This document shows, piece after piece, positions 1 through 9,725 of a stretch of 64,000 nucleotides of DNA (position 1 is the stretch's first letter; the number at the start of each line of letters is the position of its first letter). The DNA is taken from sequence record PX418213.1, one strand, 5' to 3'. The DNA is from a phage. The position numbers were made by a program, and so were the translations under genes. The notes beneath the pieces are model-generated. The model was not told where the DNA came from. It did not search any database and saw nothing but the letters and a program-made list of their open reading frames with translations.

Positions 1-122
1 GTCCAGTGGGTTGGGAGAGAATACTTAGTCTGCTAACCGCCACCCCCGTTACTATTACCATGCTAAATGTTTCACCCTGCAACCATTTTAATTGCAAGGT
101 GAAACAATTTCAACTTTAATTA

Positions 123-899
123 TTACGCGACTTTTAGTTTCTCAATATATTGTTGCGGGCTGCAACTATATTCTGCGCGTTCTTCTTCTGTCATACTTTC
201 CCAACATAGTTTTAAGCGATCGGCTAGGAACTGATAATCATTATCATCCTCGAGCGATTCATCAATAAAGGTTCCGCCTATCAATGCCACGCCGATTGAT
301 AGAATATCATTAACGGCTTGCGCGTCCAACGTTTTAAATCCGTATGATGCCGCCGCTGATAATACACCTTTATGATCATCAATCATTGTAAAATCAGCGT
401 TCGGGTATAGCTGTTTAAATAATCCAAAGTAGTAACTTTTATATACTGCGTCCTTGCTGTGGTATATTTCGCTAACCTTATCAGCTTCAAAATATTTGTG
501 CAGTGTATCGCGGGAAAATACACGGATATTACTATCCCCACGCCCGCGCAAGCCTTGCTTGCGTAGGAAGTAATAATCTGATTTGCTCATCAGGCGAGCG
601 GTACAAATAAGGTTTAAGGTATTTGCGTCATTCATGCATTGGCGCATATATTCAACTAATGGTAATAAGGTGTCTTGCATTATTAAATGATGCTTGCAAG
701 CCTCGTTTTTGTATTTATTTAAATCTAAATTCCCGTCGCTATCAAAGCAAGGCGCTACGCGATGGAATGAGTTAACGATAGTGCCATCAAGATCCCAAAT
801 CATGACGCGGGAAACATGAGGAAAGCTACGGGTAATATTCGTTTTAACTTGATTCATTTTGTTACGTTCTCCATTAAAGGGATGTAGTTTATCCAGCAT
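123..899 (-). CDS. dmp: HAD-family 5'-deoxyribonucleotidase-like phosphatase (T5 dmp-like)
   Basis: 258-aa ORF; HAD motif I (IWDLDGTIVNS) near N-terminus; sits beside A1-like gene as in T5 pre-early region. Confidence 0.6.
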   Translation of the reverse strand: MLDKLHPFNGERNKMNQVKTNITRSFPHVSRVMIWDLDGTIVNSFHRVAPCFDSDGNLDLNKYKNEACKHHLIMQDTLLPLVEYMRQCMNDANTLNLICTARLMSKSDYYFLRKQGLRGRGDSNIRVFSRDTLHKYFEADKVSEIYHSKDAVYKSYYFGLFKQLYPNADFTMIDDHKGVLSAAASYGFKTLDAQAVNDILSIGVALIGGTFIDESLEDDNDYQFLADRLKLCWESMTEEERAEYSCSPQQYIEKLKVA

Positions 900-937
900 T
901 GCCCGCTATCTATCAGCGGGCAATAATAAATCAACTA

Positions 938-1330
938 TTAAAGACCAAAGGCCAGCGCATCAGCGATAAAACTAATATCTTCTCCTGATACGTGGGAACG
1001 AATGCCCGCGCATGTAAATACCTTCGCGCTCATTAGTTGATCATCAAGACAAGCCGGACAAGGCGCGACAACTGCAAACGCTAGGCCGGATTTCACGGCG
1101 TCGATGATAATCGTTTCCTGCTTCACCGTATCAACATAAACGCCTGCGGCCTTGATGTGACTACTTGCGCGGCCTTGCGTATAGGCGAAAGTCGTGATCT
1201 GCAGCGCCTCGTTAAACTCGAGTAAATCATCAACAACGTGACCGGCCTCAACGTGATACCGCTCCCCATTAGAATAAACCAGAACGATTGAGGATTGAGC
1301 GCGATCGAATGGAATATTTTGCTTTTTCAT
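938..1330 (-). CDS. hypothetical pre-early protein
   Basis: 130-aa ORF co-directional between dmp-like and A1-like genes; no recognised motif. Confidence 0.5.
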   Translation of the reverse strand: MKKQNIPFDRAQSSIVLVYSNGERYHVEAGHVVDDLLEFNEALQITTFAYTQGRASSHIKAAGVYVDTVKQETIIIDAVKSGLAFAVVAPCPACLDDQLMSAKVFTCAGIRSHVSGEDISFIADALAFGL

Positions 1331-1397
1331 AGTTATAAAACTCCAATTAATTTAATAAGGGAAATAAGCGAGGTATATACCCCGCTTATAAATTTAA

Positions 1398-3083
1398 TTA
1401 TGCGAAAAACTTACCGTTTTTAAAGTCAATCAAAGTGCGCTGGCCGTTCGCATAGGTAATTAAATGCGTTTGCGTCCAGCTTGACGCGCCAACGTTATAG
1501 CCCATATCTAGGGAACCAGCAACGCCCGCCGTATATACGCCGCCGTAAATGCTGGCGGTGTGAGTGTGCCCCGTGTTTAACTTGCCCAATTTCTTAAACT
1601 GCTTAGGATTGCCACGGCTGCCGTTTATGCCGTTGTGACCGTGTACGCCGCATTCAATGCCTGCAATCTTGAAAGATTGATCAGTCGTTAGGAAAATCGC
1701 GTTAAACTCGCAACCTGCGACGGTACGCAGCGCATAATCTAGCACGTTGAAAGTATCATCCTGCCTTGCAATAGCTGCATAGATAGCGGCATTCAGGCGG
1801 TGATATAATTCCGCGTTTGCTGGATCGTCTTTAATGTTAGCATTGCGATCATCAAGCCAACGGGATAGCGCCAGATCGTGGTTTGATTCCACAATGATTG
1901 TTTGACTAAAATCACGTTCCATTGATTCCAGCACGCGCCCGGTATCGATGAGATCATCCAGAACCTTATCACGTCCGGCTGCATACTGTTTCGCTAGAAA
2001 TACACCAGAAGCGCGGTTATGGTGGTTGCGCGATGTAAAATCATGCACGTCATGCACAAATTGATATTTTGGCTTGAGAATATCCACTAGCCCATAAGTA
2101 TCACCGTGCCCCCATGACGCTGCGGCGCACTCCTCATCAAGTTTTTCGGCGTGTATGTCGCCATATTGCAAGCCTAAAACATGCCCCGACGTTTCAAAGC
2201 ATCCGGTGGGAGTAGCGCAAACGTTCAGATCGTAAAACATGCCGCTTTCGTCCATCGTTTCAAGCTGGCGCACAAAAAACTCACCGTCTTCGTCGAACTC
2301 AACAATCAGCGCACCGAAATTATGCAATGCTTCCGCTTTCTGTCCTGCTTTCTGCTGAATGTAGTTTTTAAGCGTTGCCGTTCCGGTGGAATACATGCGG
2401 CGCACTACTTCACCTTTGAGAGCTGGCACGCTTTCGGCGGTGATTTTAGCGTGACCAATTGCCAGACCTTCCAGATTAAGCGCGGTTGCAGTTTCTGCGA
2501 ATCCAGACAGCGGATAGTCTGCGGTGGGCAAAACATTAATTTCAGCCATGAAAGCGAAACGGCGGTTATTTAAAAACACGTTTTTACTGCAAATATATTT
2601 ATCAAACGCGGAATCATATTTGATTCCGTCTGCGCCTTCCCCATTCTGGAATCCGTTTTTATTATAAATATACTTGCTAACCAGCAAATCAGCGCCGATA
2701 AATTGGGCGTATTGCTCCAACGCGGCTAAAAAGTTTTTATGCGGGAAAGTATTATTTTGAATCGACGTTAGAATAAAGCGTTTACCTTGTTTTACTTCCC
2801 ACTGTTCCACCGTGCTAGAAATAATTCCAGCCGCTTCGGGGCGCTCGTCGTTTTTAATGGCTTTTGCTACTTTCGCCGCTTTTGGTTTCGCTGGTTTATT
2901 TGCTTCCAGCCAATCACAAATCGCGGTGGAGTGTTTTGCAGTATCGTAAACCGCTTTCGAAATATCGTCACAAACTTCCAGCTTGGTGGCGCGCAGACGT
3001 TTACCATAGAAATTAAAGTCAGCGGCCAGCTTCAGGATAACGGTTTGCTTTTCTGCGGAAATAATCATAGTAATAAGCTCCAT
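1398..3083 (-). CDS. A1: A1-like pre-early protein, calcineurin-like metallophosphoesterase
   Basis: 561-aa ORF; phosphoesterase motifs GDIHAE, SNHD, GHTHT; size and position match T5 A1. Confidence 0.6.
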   Translation of the reverse strand: MELITMIISAEKQTVILKLAADFNFYGKRLRATKLEVCDDISKAVYDTAKHSTAICDWLEANKPAKPKAAKVAKAIKNDERPEAAGIISSTVEQWEVKQGKRFILTSIQNNTFPHKNFLAALEQYAQFIGADLLVSKYIYNKNGFQNGEGADGIKYDSAFDKYICSKNVFLNNRRFAFMAEINVLPTADYPLSGFAETATALNLEGLAIGHAKITAESVPALKGEVVRRMYSTGTATLKNYIQQKAGQKAEALHNFGALIVEFDEDGEFFVRQLETMDESGMFYDLNVCATPTGCFETSGHVLGLQYGDIHAEKLDEECAAASWGHGDTYGLVDILKPKYQFVHDVHDFTSRNHHNRASGVFLAKQYAAGRDKVLDDLIDTGRVLESMERDFSQTIIVESNHDLALSRWLDDRNANIKDDPANAELYHRLNAAIYAAIARQDDTFNVLDYALRTVAGCEFNAIFLTTDQSFKIAGIECGVHGHNGINGSRGNPKQFKKLGKLNTGHTHTASIYGGVYTAGVAGSLDMGYNVGASSWTQTHLITYANGQRTLIDFKNGKFFA

Positions 3084-3164
3084 TAAAGGGATAAAAAACG
3101 TTTGTTATTGGCAAATGTTGCCAAATATAACGCCTCCAATAATAGGCGTTATAATTTGCAATAT

Positions 3165-3410
3165 TTAACTAATAGGCATCAGGCTAGAACTAACACCGCA
3201 AACAACGGCGGCAATAAAACAAATCAGGCCCAAACGCTTCGCTAACTTAGATTTGCGTTTAAAATAATACGAATCTAAATCATTTTGAAAATATGCGAAC
3301 AATAACGAGGCCGCCACAATAAATAGGCCTAAAATTAAGGATTCAGTAGGAAAGAAAATCATTTTAATAACTCCAATTAAAGGGAAATTATAGTGGGGAA
3401 TAATCCCCAC
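3165..3410 (-). CDS. small membrane protein
   Basis: 81-aa ORF with two hydrophobic segments. Confidence 0.5.
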   Translation of the reverse strand: MGIIPHYNFPLIGVIKMIFFPTESLILGLFIVAASLLFAYFQNDLDSYYFKRKSKLAKRLGLICFIAAVVCGVSSSLMPIS

Positions 3411-3419
3411 TAATTAAAT

Positions 3420-3827
3420 TTATTCACCTGCGGCTTGTTTTACCTCATCGGCAACGCCTAACAACTGCGCCACGGCGTCCAGCGTTTCCAGCTTCGCGCT
3501 TTCAAGGCTTGCCAGATCATCGGCGTCCTTGATAATGCCGGAATCGATAGCGTGTTTTGCAATTACTCGCACATAGTGAGCTTTACGGATTGAGCTGCCG
3601 CCGCCAACCTTGCGCGGCTTGTCGCTTTTTTGGTAGGCTTTCGCGCTGGTCAATTTCGAACGAACTGACACGGGAGAAGCCGCACCAACTGCTTTCGCGA
3701 TCTCTTTCAAGCCGTCGCTATTTGCGAATTCTAGCCCGTTTTCATTGATTAACTGCTGATACATGGAAACAGCCTGCTGGGTGTTTTCTTCGTTCCAGGA
3801 AAATTTTGCGGCTTTAACGTTAGTCAT
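3420..3827 (-). CDS. hypothetical protein
   Basis: 135-aa ORF, co-directional, tightly packed. Confidence 0.55.
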   Translation of the reverse strand: MTNVKAAKFSWNEENTQQAVSMYQQLINENGLEFANSDGLKEIAKAVGAASPVSVRSKLTSAKAYQKSDKPRKVGGGSSIRKAHYVRVIAKHAIDSGIIKDADDLASLESAKLETLDAVAQLLGVADEVKQAAGE

Positions 3828-3927
3828 GGTAAAAACTCCAATTAATTTAATTTAAGGGATTAAATGATTAACTAATGTTAATCGTTATATGCCCCGAACT
3901 ACTGGGGCATATAAAGTTAACACTAAT

Positions 3928-4179
3928 TTATAAAACGGCTTCCCATTTTTCGTTGCGTTGAACAACCTTTACAACGTCGCCGGATTTAACGCGAACGTTA
4001 TAAATCGGCTTGCCGTTGTTACTGCGCTCATTTTCAGCGTATACCGCGTCGATTGTATCGAACGGCATGAGCGCCGCGCCTTTAATACGTTCGGCTTTTC
4101 CGGTCAATTCATCCGTTTTAGTAACGAAAGGAATAAAAACGGATTGACCAACTTTCGGCGCATTAATAACGTTTTTCAT
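3928..4179 (-). CDS. hypothetical protein
   Basis: 83-aa ORF. Confidence 0.5.
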   Translation of the reverse strand: MKNVINAPKVGQSVFIPFVTKTDELTGKAERIKGAALMPFDTIDAVYAENERSNNGKPIYNVRVKSGDVVKVVQRNEKWEAVL

Positions 4180-4408
4180 GGTATAAACTCCAAGTTATTT
4201 GTGGATTGTTCCGCATTATCTGCTACTTTCTAGCAGACAATAAGAAAAAATCCGCTAGCCATTATAAAATCAATTTAAGGAACTCCACGCGGGCCGCTAT
4301 ATCCCAGTTAGGGGGCGGGATGCATTATGGTAAGCACCGACCGTCAGATTTTATCAAGTTATCGCTCTTATCGAACTGGGTACATCTTAAAGCCTATCGG
4401 CTAGGGTG

Positions 4409-4585
4409 TCAAATAGTTTTTTCGTTTTCTTTTAAGTTAGGATCTTCCCAACTGAATAGCATTTCGCAAAATATTTTCCCATCTTTATGATGGTAAGCTA
4501 TTTCACTTCCGTGGTTAGCACAAAAATTAATCACCGCTTCAGCTTGTTCTACCGTGATATTGTTAGCCGTTTCTTTGATTTTCAT
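4409..4585 (-). CDS. small hypothetical protein (58 aa)
   Basis: hand-translated MKIKETANNITVEQ...; AAGGA RBS 9 nt upstream; below ORF-track length cutoff. Confidence 0.3.
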   Translation of the reverse strand: MKIKETANNITVEQAEAVINFCANHGSEIAYHHKDGKIFCEMLFSWEDPNLKENEKTI

Positions 4586-5010
4586 ATCGTCGATTCCTTA
4601 TAATGTAATAAGTTTACCGCCGATAGGCTTTAAGATATACCCAATTTTTAAAGAGCGCGGCGGTAAACTTCCCGCCGTGTAGTTCGTCATTGCCGCCCTA
4701 CGAGATAAATAATAACAAACAACGAAAAAGGCGCAACCTTATATTTGTAAAGAAATGTAAAGACAAACGCCACCGGACACCGTGCGGCGACCTGGGCGCA
4801 GCGCATTAAAATTAAAAGAAACGGGCGCGCGAATAACACAAAACATAGCAGATAGGCAAGTAATTTTTTCACTTATATTTGCTTTGGGGGTATTGACAAA
4901 ATCTAAAAAGCTCGTGGCAGCGATAAACGACGTGGCCCCTTATGATTGGATGGCCAAAAACTTTATTGCGTTCTGGGGCGTTTTAGGCGCATTCTAGCCT
5001 TGTTGATAAC

Positions 5011-5076
5011 TTATCCACAGAAGCAAAAATGAAATTTTCCTAGTTATCCACTTGACTTTTATTTTCCAGTGGATAA
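5011..5076. promoter_or_regulatory. DnaA-box-like cluster with perfect inverted pair
   Basis: TTATCCACA at 5011-5019; AGTTATCCACT (5042-5052) and AGTGGATAACT (5068-5078) form an 11-bp inverted repeat. Confidence 0.5.
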
Positions 5077-5275
5077 CTACTTATTTTATGAAATAAATTA
5101 ATTGACTTTTATTTGCTAGTATGCATCGGAAAGATAGCAGACTAATAATTGCTAGGATGATGATCATGCTGGTGGATTGTAACGGCCTGAATTATTAGCA
5201 GACTGTTAATCAGGGAAAATCTCATTAGCCAACTAACTATTTCATGATATATAATATACTTATAAATTAATGAGA

Positions 5276-5360
5276 AATAATAACTATAAGAAATCATCAT
5301 CATTATAATAATAACTATAAGAAATCATCATCATTATAATAATAACTATAAGAAACTATC
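5276..5360. repeat. 31-bp tandem repeat, about 2.7 copies
   Basis: unit aataataactataagaaatcatcatcattat repeated head-to-tail. Confidence 0.7.
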
Positions 5361-5365
5361 GGCAT

Positions 5366-5497
5366 AAGTGAGAACCACTATCATTTAAGTTATCCACAAC
5401 GTTATCCACAGCACAAAATAATTTGACACGATAGGCGGCGATATGAGGGCTTTTACACAGACTTATCCACAGGTTATCCTACTGTATAAATATACAG
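5366..5497. repeat. left arm of ~130-bp imperfect inverted repeat with three TTATCCACA boxes
   Basis: reverse complement closely matches 8755-8886 at both ends (gtgagaac...ttatccaca...ctgtataaatatacag). Confidence 0.65.
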
Positions 5498-5786
5498 GGT
5501 AAAAAGGCAGTGTTAACGACTGCAATCAATTTTAGGCGGCCTAAAACGCTTTCTAACGAGCTAAACGCTGCGGGGTAATATTAAAGTAAAGACCCAACAC
5601 GTCGCCCTGATGGCTTCAGTGCGTCGCCCTGGTGGCTTCGCCGTGTTTTGCTCGTTACTACACCGCTGCGCGGTTAGCATAAAATTAGGCGTTAGGCAAG
5701 AAAAATAAAAAAGTAAAATAATCTTTGCCTATGCTAGAAAATTACCTTTATCATTCACTCACCGATTAACGAGAGGGGCCGAACAA

Positions 5787-6773
5787 ATGAGGCTATATAA
5801 ACCAGATAACGCAACCGTCTTAAAAGGTGCGCTGCGTAACCTGCTGGACGGTAGCAGAACAACCAGCATTAAGCATTTTGTTTTCAATATTGAAACTATT
5901 CATCAAAACTTTTTTGATGATTATGATGCTTATAATATGAATAGTTTTCTACCGTTATATAAGCAAGGGGCAACGCTTGTTTTATATAATCAGGATTATC
6001 AATTACTTACTAGTCGGGGGCCGGATACTGATTTCATAATAGTAAAAGGCAACACAGTAAAAGCCTATGATACTGGGGCGGGCCTAGAAGTTTTTTCAAT
6101 AGAAAACTATGAGGCCAATGATAATGATCTTTATGACGTAGAAAATTTTCTCGATTCATTTTGGCGTTATTTATCAGTTGGCTGGAATCGGTCGGATTCT
6201 GATGGGTATCGTTTTGCGGCTATAATGGCCTTTGATGATAACGGTAATTTTTTGCTACCGTCGGAGTTATATAATCGGGTATATGAAGGCGATATTGTTG
6301 ACGCCGGATTTTCTTTCGAAAGGGAAGAAAGTATTGGCAATATAGAAAAACATGTTGTAAATTCTAACACTAAAAACGTTCACACTCAAACTACTGAAAA
6401 CAAAGGAAAAAATACCATGACCAAGATTGCTAACATCGTTGCCGCTAATAAATCCGCCGTTGTAAACGCTGCAAAACTGGAAGCGGGTAAAATTGCACTA
6501 ACTCAAATCACGAAAGTAGCGGCTAAAAAAGCACCGTTCATGATCAGAGGCTATATTGATACGCCGATTGGTCGCGTAGTGATCGCTAACCTGCTGAGTG
6601 TAGCGGTTGACCAGTACGCCCCGAGTAACCAGAAAGCGAAAGCGGTAGCAAGCGCGGCAATGGAAGCGGCTATGTTAGAAATGGTGCAATCTTTTAACAT
6701 CGCTGAGATGATCGATGAAATGGTAAAAGGTATCGATATTTCTACTTTTACCAATAACACCGAAAACGAGTAA
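5787..6773 (+). CDS. hypothetical protein (328 aa)
   Basis: long plus-strand ORF with GAGAGGGG RBS; first gene of inverted-repeat-bounded block. Confidence 0.6.
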   Translation: MRLYKPDNATVLKGALRNLLDGSRTTSIKHFVFNIETIHQNFFDDYDAYNMNSFLPLYKQGATLVLYNQDYQLLTSRGPDTDFIIVKGNTVKAYDTGAGLEVFSIENYEANDNDLYDVENFLDSFWRYLSVGWNRSDSDGYRFAAIMAFDDNGNFLLPSELYNRVYEGDIVDAGFSFEREESIGNIEKHVVNSNTKNVHTQTTENKGKNTMTKIANIVAANKSAVVNAAKLEAGKIALTQITKVAAKKAPFMIRGYIDTPIGRVVIANLLSVAVDQYAPSNQKAKAVASAAMEAAMLEMVQSFNIAEMIDEMVKGIDISTFTNNTENE

Positions 6774-6890
6774 TAAATAATCTAATGTAAAGTTTTGTAA
6801 AGGTCGCCTTTTATGGTGGCCTTTTTTGTTATAATGCCTTTACACCGTTCGAGGACGGTTGAAATTTTCCCAAAATTTTGGAGGCTTAAA

Positions 6891-7121
6891 ATGGTTGCTT
6901 TTTCTTCTGCTAGTCATCTTTTCACTGGAAAAGGCTGGGTATCAAATCGCTGGATCATTCAAGAAATGGTGCAAGAGTACGGCATCGCTAAAACTTATAC
7001 TACCATACAGGCGCTTTATGATAATGATCAGATTGATCAGCAAACGGCGGGCTTTTTACTGGATACCCTGAAGGCGGAGCACTGTACCAAAAAACAAGCG
7101 GCCAAAATTATTTTAATGTAA
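6891..7121 (+). CDS. hypothetical protein
   Basis: ORF 6813..7121 with start moved to ATG 6891 behind GGAGG RBS. Confidence 0.5.
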   Translation: MVAFSSASHLFTGKGWVSNRWIIQEMVQEYGIAKTYTTIQALYDNDQIDQQTAGFLLDTLKAEHCTKKQAAKIILM

Positions 7122-7170
7122 TCAATAACGGGGGATATAATATCCCCCACTAACTAGGGGAGTATTACAA

Positions 7171-7350
7171 ATGGTTATTTTTCGAGCTTTTTTAGCGGGT
7201 ATCTTGGGCGCTATTCTTACTCTTTTTGCTACCGCTTACGGTATCCAAGATTATTGCGGCTTAGTAGTCACAAAACCTATGGTTACTATTGGCGCGGGTA
7301 TCGCTGTATTTTCTTATCTGCTGGGCTGCATGACTAGTAAAGGAGAATAA
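7171..7350 (+). CDS. small membrane protein (59 aa)
   Basis: hand-translated MVIFRAFLAGILGAILTLF...; GGGGAG RBS; hydrophobic. Confidence 0.45.
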   Translation: MVIFRAFLAGILGAILTLFATAYGIQDYCGLVVTKPMVTIGAGIAVFSYLLGCMTSKGE

Positions 7351-7352
7351 AA

Positions 7353-7565
7353 ATGATCCGCAACGTTTCTCTTGCACGTTCGAAAGGCTTTGCGCTGGTG
7401 GATGCTAACACGTTCGAGCGTCCTGATTGTAAAATTGAATATGTAGCACGTAATAAAAATGCCTTTCGTGTTACTGAAAAGAAATTCGACAAGCGCGGCA
7501 ACGTGATCCTTGAAACGGTCAGGCACTTTGCCACCTTTTACGCTGCGTTTCGTGGGGTACTATGA
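7353..7565 (+). CDS. hypothetical protein
   Basis: 70-aa ORF with AAAGGAGAA RBS. Confidence 0.55.
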   Translation: MIRNVSLARSKGFALVDANTFERPDCKIEYVARNKNAFRVTEKKFDKRGNVILETVRHFATFYAAFRGVL

Positions 7566-7693
7566 AAAGCGTTATTGTTGTTCTCCTTGCAATGGCTGGC
7601 GGTTTTATCGCCACCTTATTTAGGAATGACCCCGTTTCGCTGGGGATCTTTATGCTTTTATCTGGATACCTGATCGGGAGGTTATGCAAATGA
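7562..7693 (+). CDS. small membrane protein (43 aa)
   Basis: ATGA start/stop overlap with upstream gene; hydrophobic MKSVIVVLLAMAGGFIATLF. Confidence 0.35.
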   Translation: MKSVIVVLLAMAGGFIATLFRNDPVSLGIFMLLSGYLIGRLCK

Positions 7694-8034
7694 TCATTTA
7701 CGAGGGCAATCGTTTTGTTGCTAACTGCCGCCCGGCATTGTTAGCAAACTATTTAAACCAGCTTTCGCCAGCTTATAAGGGCGTTATTAATATTTATGAG
7801 GGCAAGGCGCATTATAAAATCAATGCGGTCGTTGCCCGTGAACTAGCGTTTCAATTTTTAACCTTCGCATCTTGCGACGTTCAGGTAATGGGTGAGGCAT
7901 TAATCGCAGAAAATGAGGATGATTTTATTAATATTTTTCGCAAGATATGCACCGAGCGCCTGATAATGAAAGGCGCGTATATTCAATCCACGGCTGATAG
8001 TATTGAAACAGCGTTTCGAAAGGTGGCGCAATGA
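7684..8034 (+). CDS. hypothetical protein
   Basis: 116-aa ORF, overlapping-coupled with neighbours. Confidence 0.55.
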   Translation: MQMIIYEGNRFVANCRPALLANYLNQLSPAYKGVINIYEGKAHYKINAVVARELAFQFLTFASCDVQVMGEALIAENEDDFINIFRKICTERLIMKGAYIQSTADSIETAFRKVAQ

Positions 8035-8246
8035 GTGAAATTACTTGGAATATGTTGCTGAAGGTTAAACGGGTAAAATTAACGCAGGATTTATGGGGAG
8101 TAGGTAAAACTGGGGATGTATTCACTGTGTTTAAAGACGCCCATCATAGGTTTATAAGAAGGAATAACAATACCGGTACAGCGTTTTATTTAATTGATTT
8201 AATCAAATTACATGGTGAGGATATTTTCAAACTAGAATATGAGTAA
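8031..8246 (+). CDS. hypothetical protein
   Basis: 71-aa ORF, ATGA overlap with upstream gene. Confidence 0.5.
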   Translation: MSEITWNMLLKVKRVKLTQDLWGVGKTGDVFTVFKDAHHRFIRRNNNTGTAFYLIDLIKLHGEDIFKLEYE

Positions 8247-8301
8247 CTATATAATTTTGGCGTATTGCAATGAGATAGCCAACTAATAACGGAGCGTTAT
8301 T

Positions 8302-8496
8302 ATGAGCAATAAAATTGTTGTAACCAAAACTACTACGATGGTAGACGTTTTTTACGTGCCCAATACGCCGGAGAATCGACAAGCGGTTGAGCGTGGGGAA
8401 TATGATAAAGTGATCTATGATCACGATGGTTATTATCAGTATTTGGTGGATTCATACGGGGAGGAGGAAAAGATCACGCATCAACTACCTGACTAA
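8302..8496 (+). CDS. hypothetical protein
   Basis: 64-aa ORF, last gene of plus-strand block. Confidence 0.5.
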   Translation: MSNKIVVTKTTTMVDVFYVPNTPENRQAVERGEYDKVIYDHDGYYQYLVDSYGEEEKITHQLPD

Positions 8497-8754
8497 TAAT
8501 CACGGGGCGCAACTATCCGGGAGTGCCCCCAATTTTCAAACGATAATCATTCTCATTTGACCGCGCTCGCGATGGTTAGCCTGCTAATGGTTCGGGTGTT
8601 ACGTGTCGCCTTGTGTGATCGTTAGCGTGCTAACTAATTTTCAAGCCTCCTCCAATTTTGCCCTTGTTTTAGTATCTCCACCAAAATAAAACGCGTTAGA
8701 ATGCGTTTGAGAGCGTTTTAGCGGTATATTAGAATTATTCACTACATAGGAATA

Positions 8755-8886
8755 CTGTATATTTATACAGTAGGATAAGCTGTGGATAAGTCTGTTAATA
8801 ACGCCTCAAAATGGCTAGGATTCTGTCAAGTCAAATCGTGCTGTTAATAAGTCTGTGGATAACTTAAATAACAGTGTTTCTCACTT
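8755..8886. repeat. right arm of ~130-bp imperfect inverted repeat with TGTGGATAA boxes
   Basis: ctgtatatttatacagtaggataagctgtggataag ... tgtggataacttaaataacagtgtttctcac mirrors 5366-5497. Confidence 0.65.
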
Positions 8887-8889
8887 CCG

Positions 8890-9125
8890 TTCTTAAATGA
8901 GAATCATTATCATTTGCATTTCACTATCTAACTAATAATCATTCCACTTTTTAAATGAGAATCGTTCCACTTCCTGAATAATTTTCGTTCCACTTTCTAA
9001 ATGATAATCGTTATCATTTGCATTCCTCTTTCTAAATGCGAATCATTCCACTTCTTAAATGAGAATCGTTTCACTTTTTAAATGAGAATTATTATCATTC
9101 TCATTCCGCTTTTTAAATGAGAATG
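8890..9125. repeat. array of about 7 TAAATGAGAAT-type motifs
   Basis: taaatgagaat and variants (taaatgataat, taaatgcgaat) at irregular 23-60 bp spacing in AT-rich DNA. Confidence 0.6.
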
Positions 9126-9148
9126 ATTCTTATTATCATTCGTATTTA

Positions 9149-9170
9149 GCGCAGGGCAATTGCCCTGCGC
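9149..9170. promoter_or_regulatory. perfect 22-bp palindrome GCGCAGGGCAATTGCCCTGCGC
   Basis: exact palindrome between the two repeat arrays. Confidence 0.6.
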
Positions 9171-9174
9171 TTTT

Positions 9175-9397
9175 GTGCAAATCCGACATTGCTCCACGGG
9201 TGTTACGTGCGGGCGTGTATGTGCGAATCCGACAATTTTTGGTAGTGTGCAAATCCGACTCGAAAAATTTTTATAGTGTGCAAATCCGACAATGAATTTT
9301 TCTAGAAACTCCAGCAATCTCGAACTGCGCATCAATCCTGTGGAGTATGTGCAAATCCGACATGGTTTTTCTAGGATTAAGATGTGCGAATCCGACA
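9175..9397. repeat. six direct copies of GTGC(A/G)AATCCGAC, each followed by a T-run
   Basis: copies at 9175, 9221, 9247, 9278, 9349, 9384. Confidence 0.7.
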
Positions 9398-9725
9398 AGA
9401 TTTTTGTGACTTCGATGAGAGGGTGTGTGATTGTGTGAGTTTGAGGAGAAGTTGAGAGAGCGAGTGAAACTTGGGGGAACTGCGAGAGGGGCGCATGTTT
9501 GGTGCAGGGCACCTGATTTGCGGGGATTTTGGGGAAGAGTTGAGAAGATTTGGGTTAATTTGAGATTAGGGGAGATAAAGTAAAATTTTATTAGCAAAAT
9601 GGGGCAAAATAGCTTGACAAGTGAAAATTTCTGTGGCTCTAAAAACTCAGGCAATCATGGGCCTTCGGCCCGAAATAATGCTGCTATTTTCAGGAGATTA
9701 TATGTTCCTAAAAACTTAGGCAATT

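Noticed and set aside
4687-4872. Minus-strand 61-aa hydrophobic ORF
   Set aside because: Lies in the AT-rich spacer before the DnaA-box region with no RBS or promoter; not annotated
1793-4997. Short ORFs antisense to or nested in the dmp/A1-region genes (1793..1984, 2181..2573, 2787..3086, 3557..3748, 3958..4233, 4206..4490, 4782..4997)
   Set aside because: All overlap better-supported minus-strand genes or lack RBSs; translations are low-complexity
5366-8886. Inverted-repeat cassette as a classical insertion sequence or transposon
   Set aside because: No transposase, integrase or recombinase-like ORF inside or nearby and no obvious target-site duplication; reported as an unusual cassette, not a mobile element
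8890-9400. Possible CRISPR array
   Set aside because: Repeats are short (11-14 bp), AT-rich and irregularly spaced with no uniform spacers and no cas genes nearby; they look like binding-site arrays
9078-9654. Minus-strand ORFs 9078..9512 and 9271..9654
   Set aside because: They lie entirely within repeat and purine-skewed DNA, overlap each other, have no RBS and low-complexity translations
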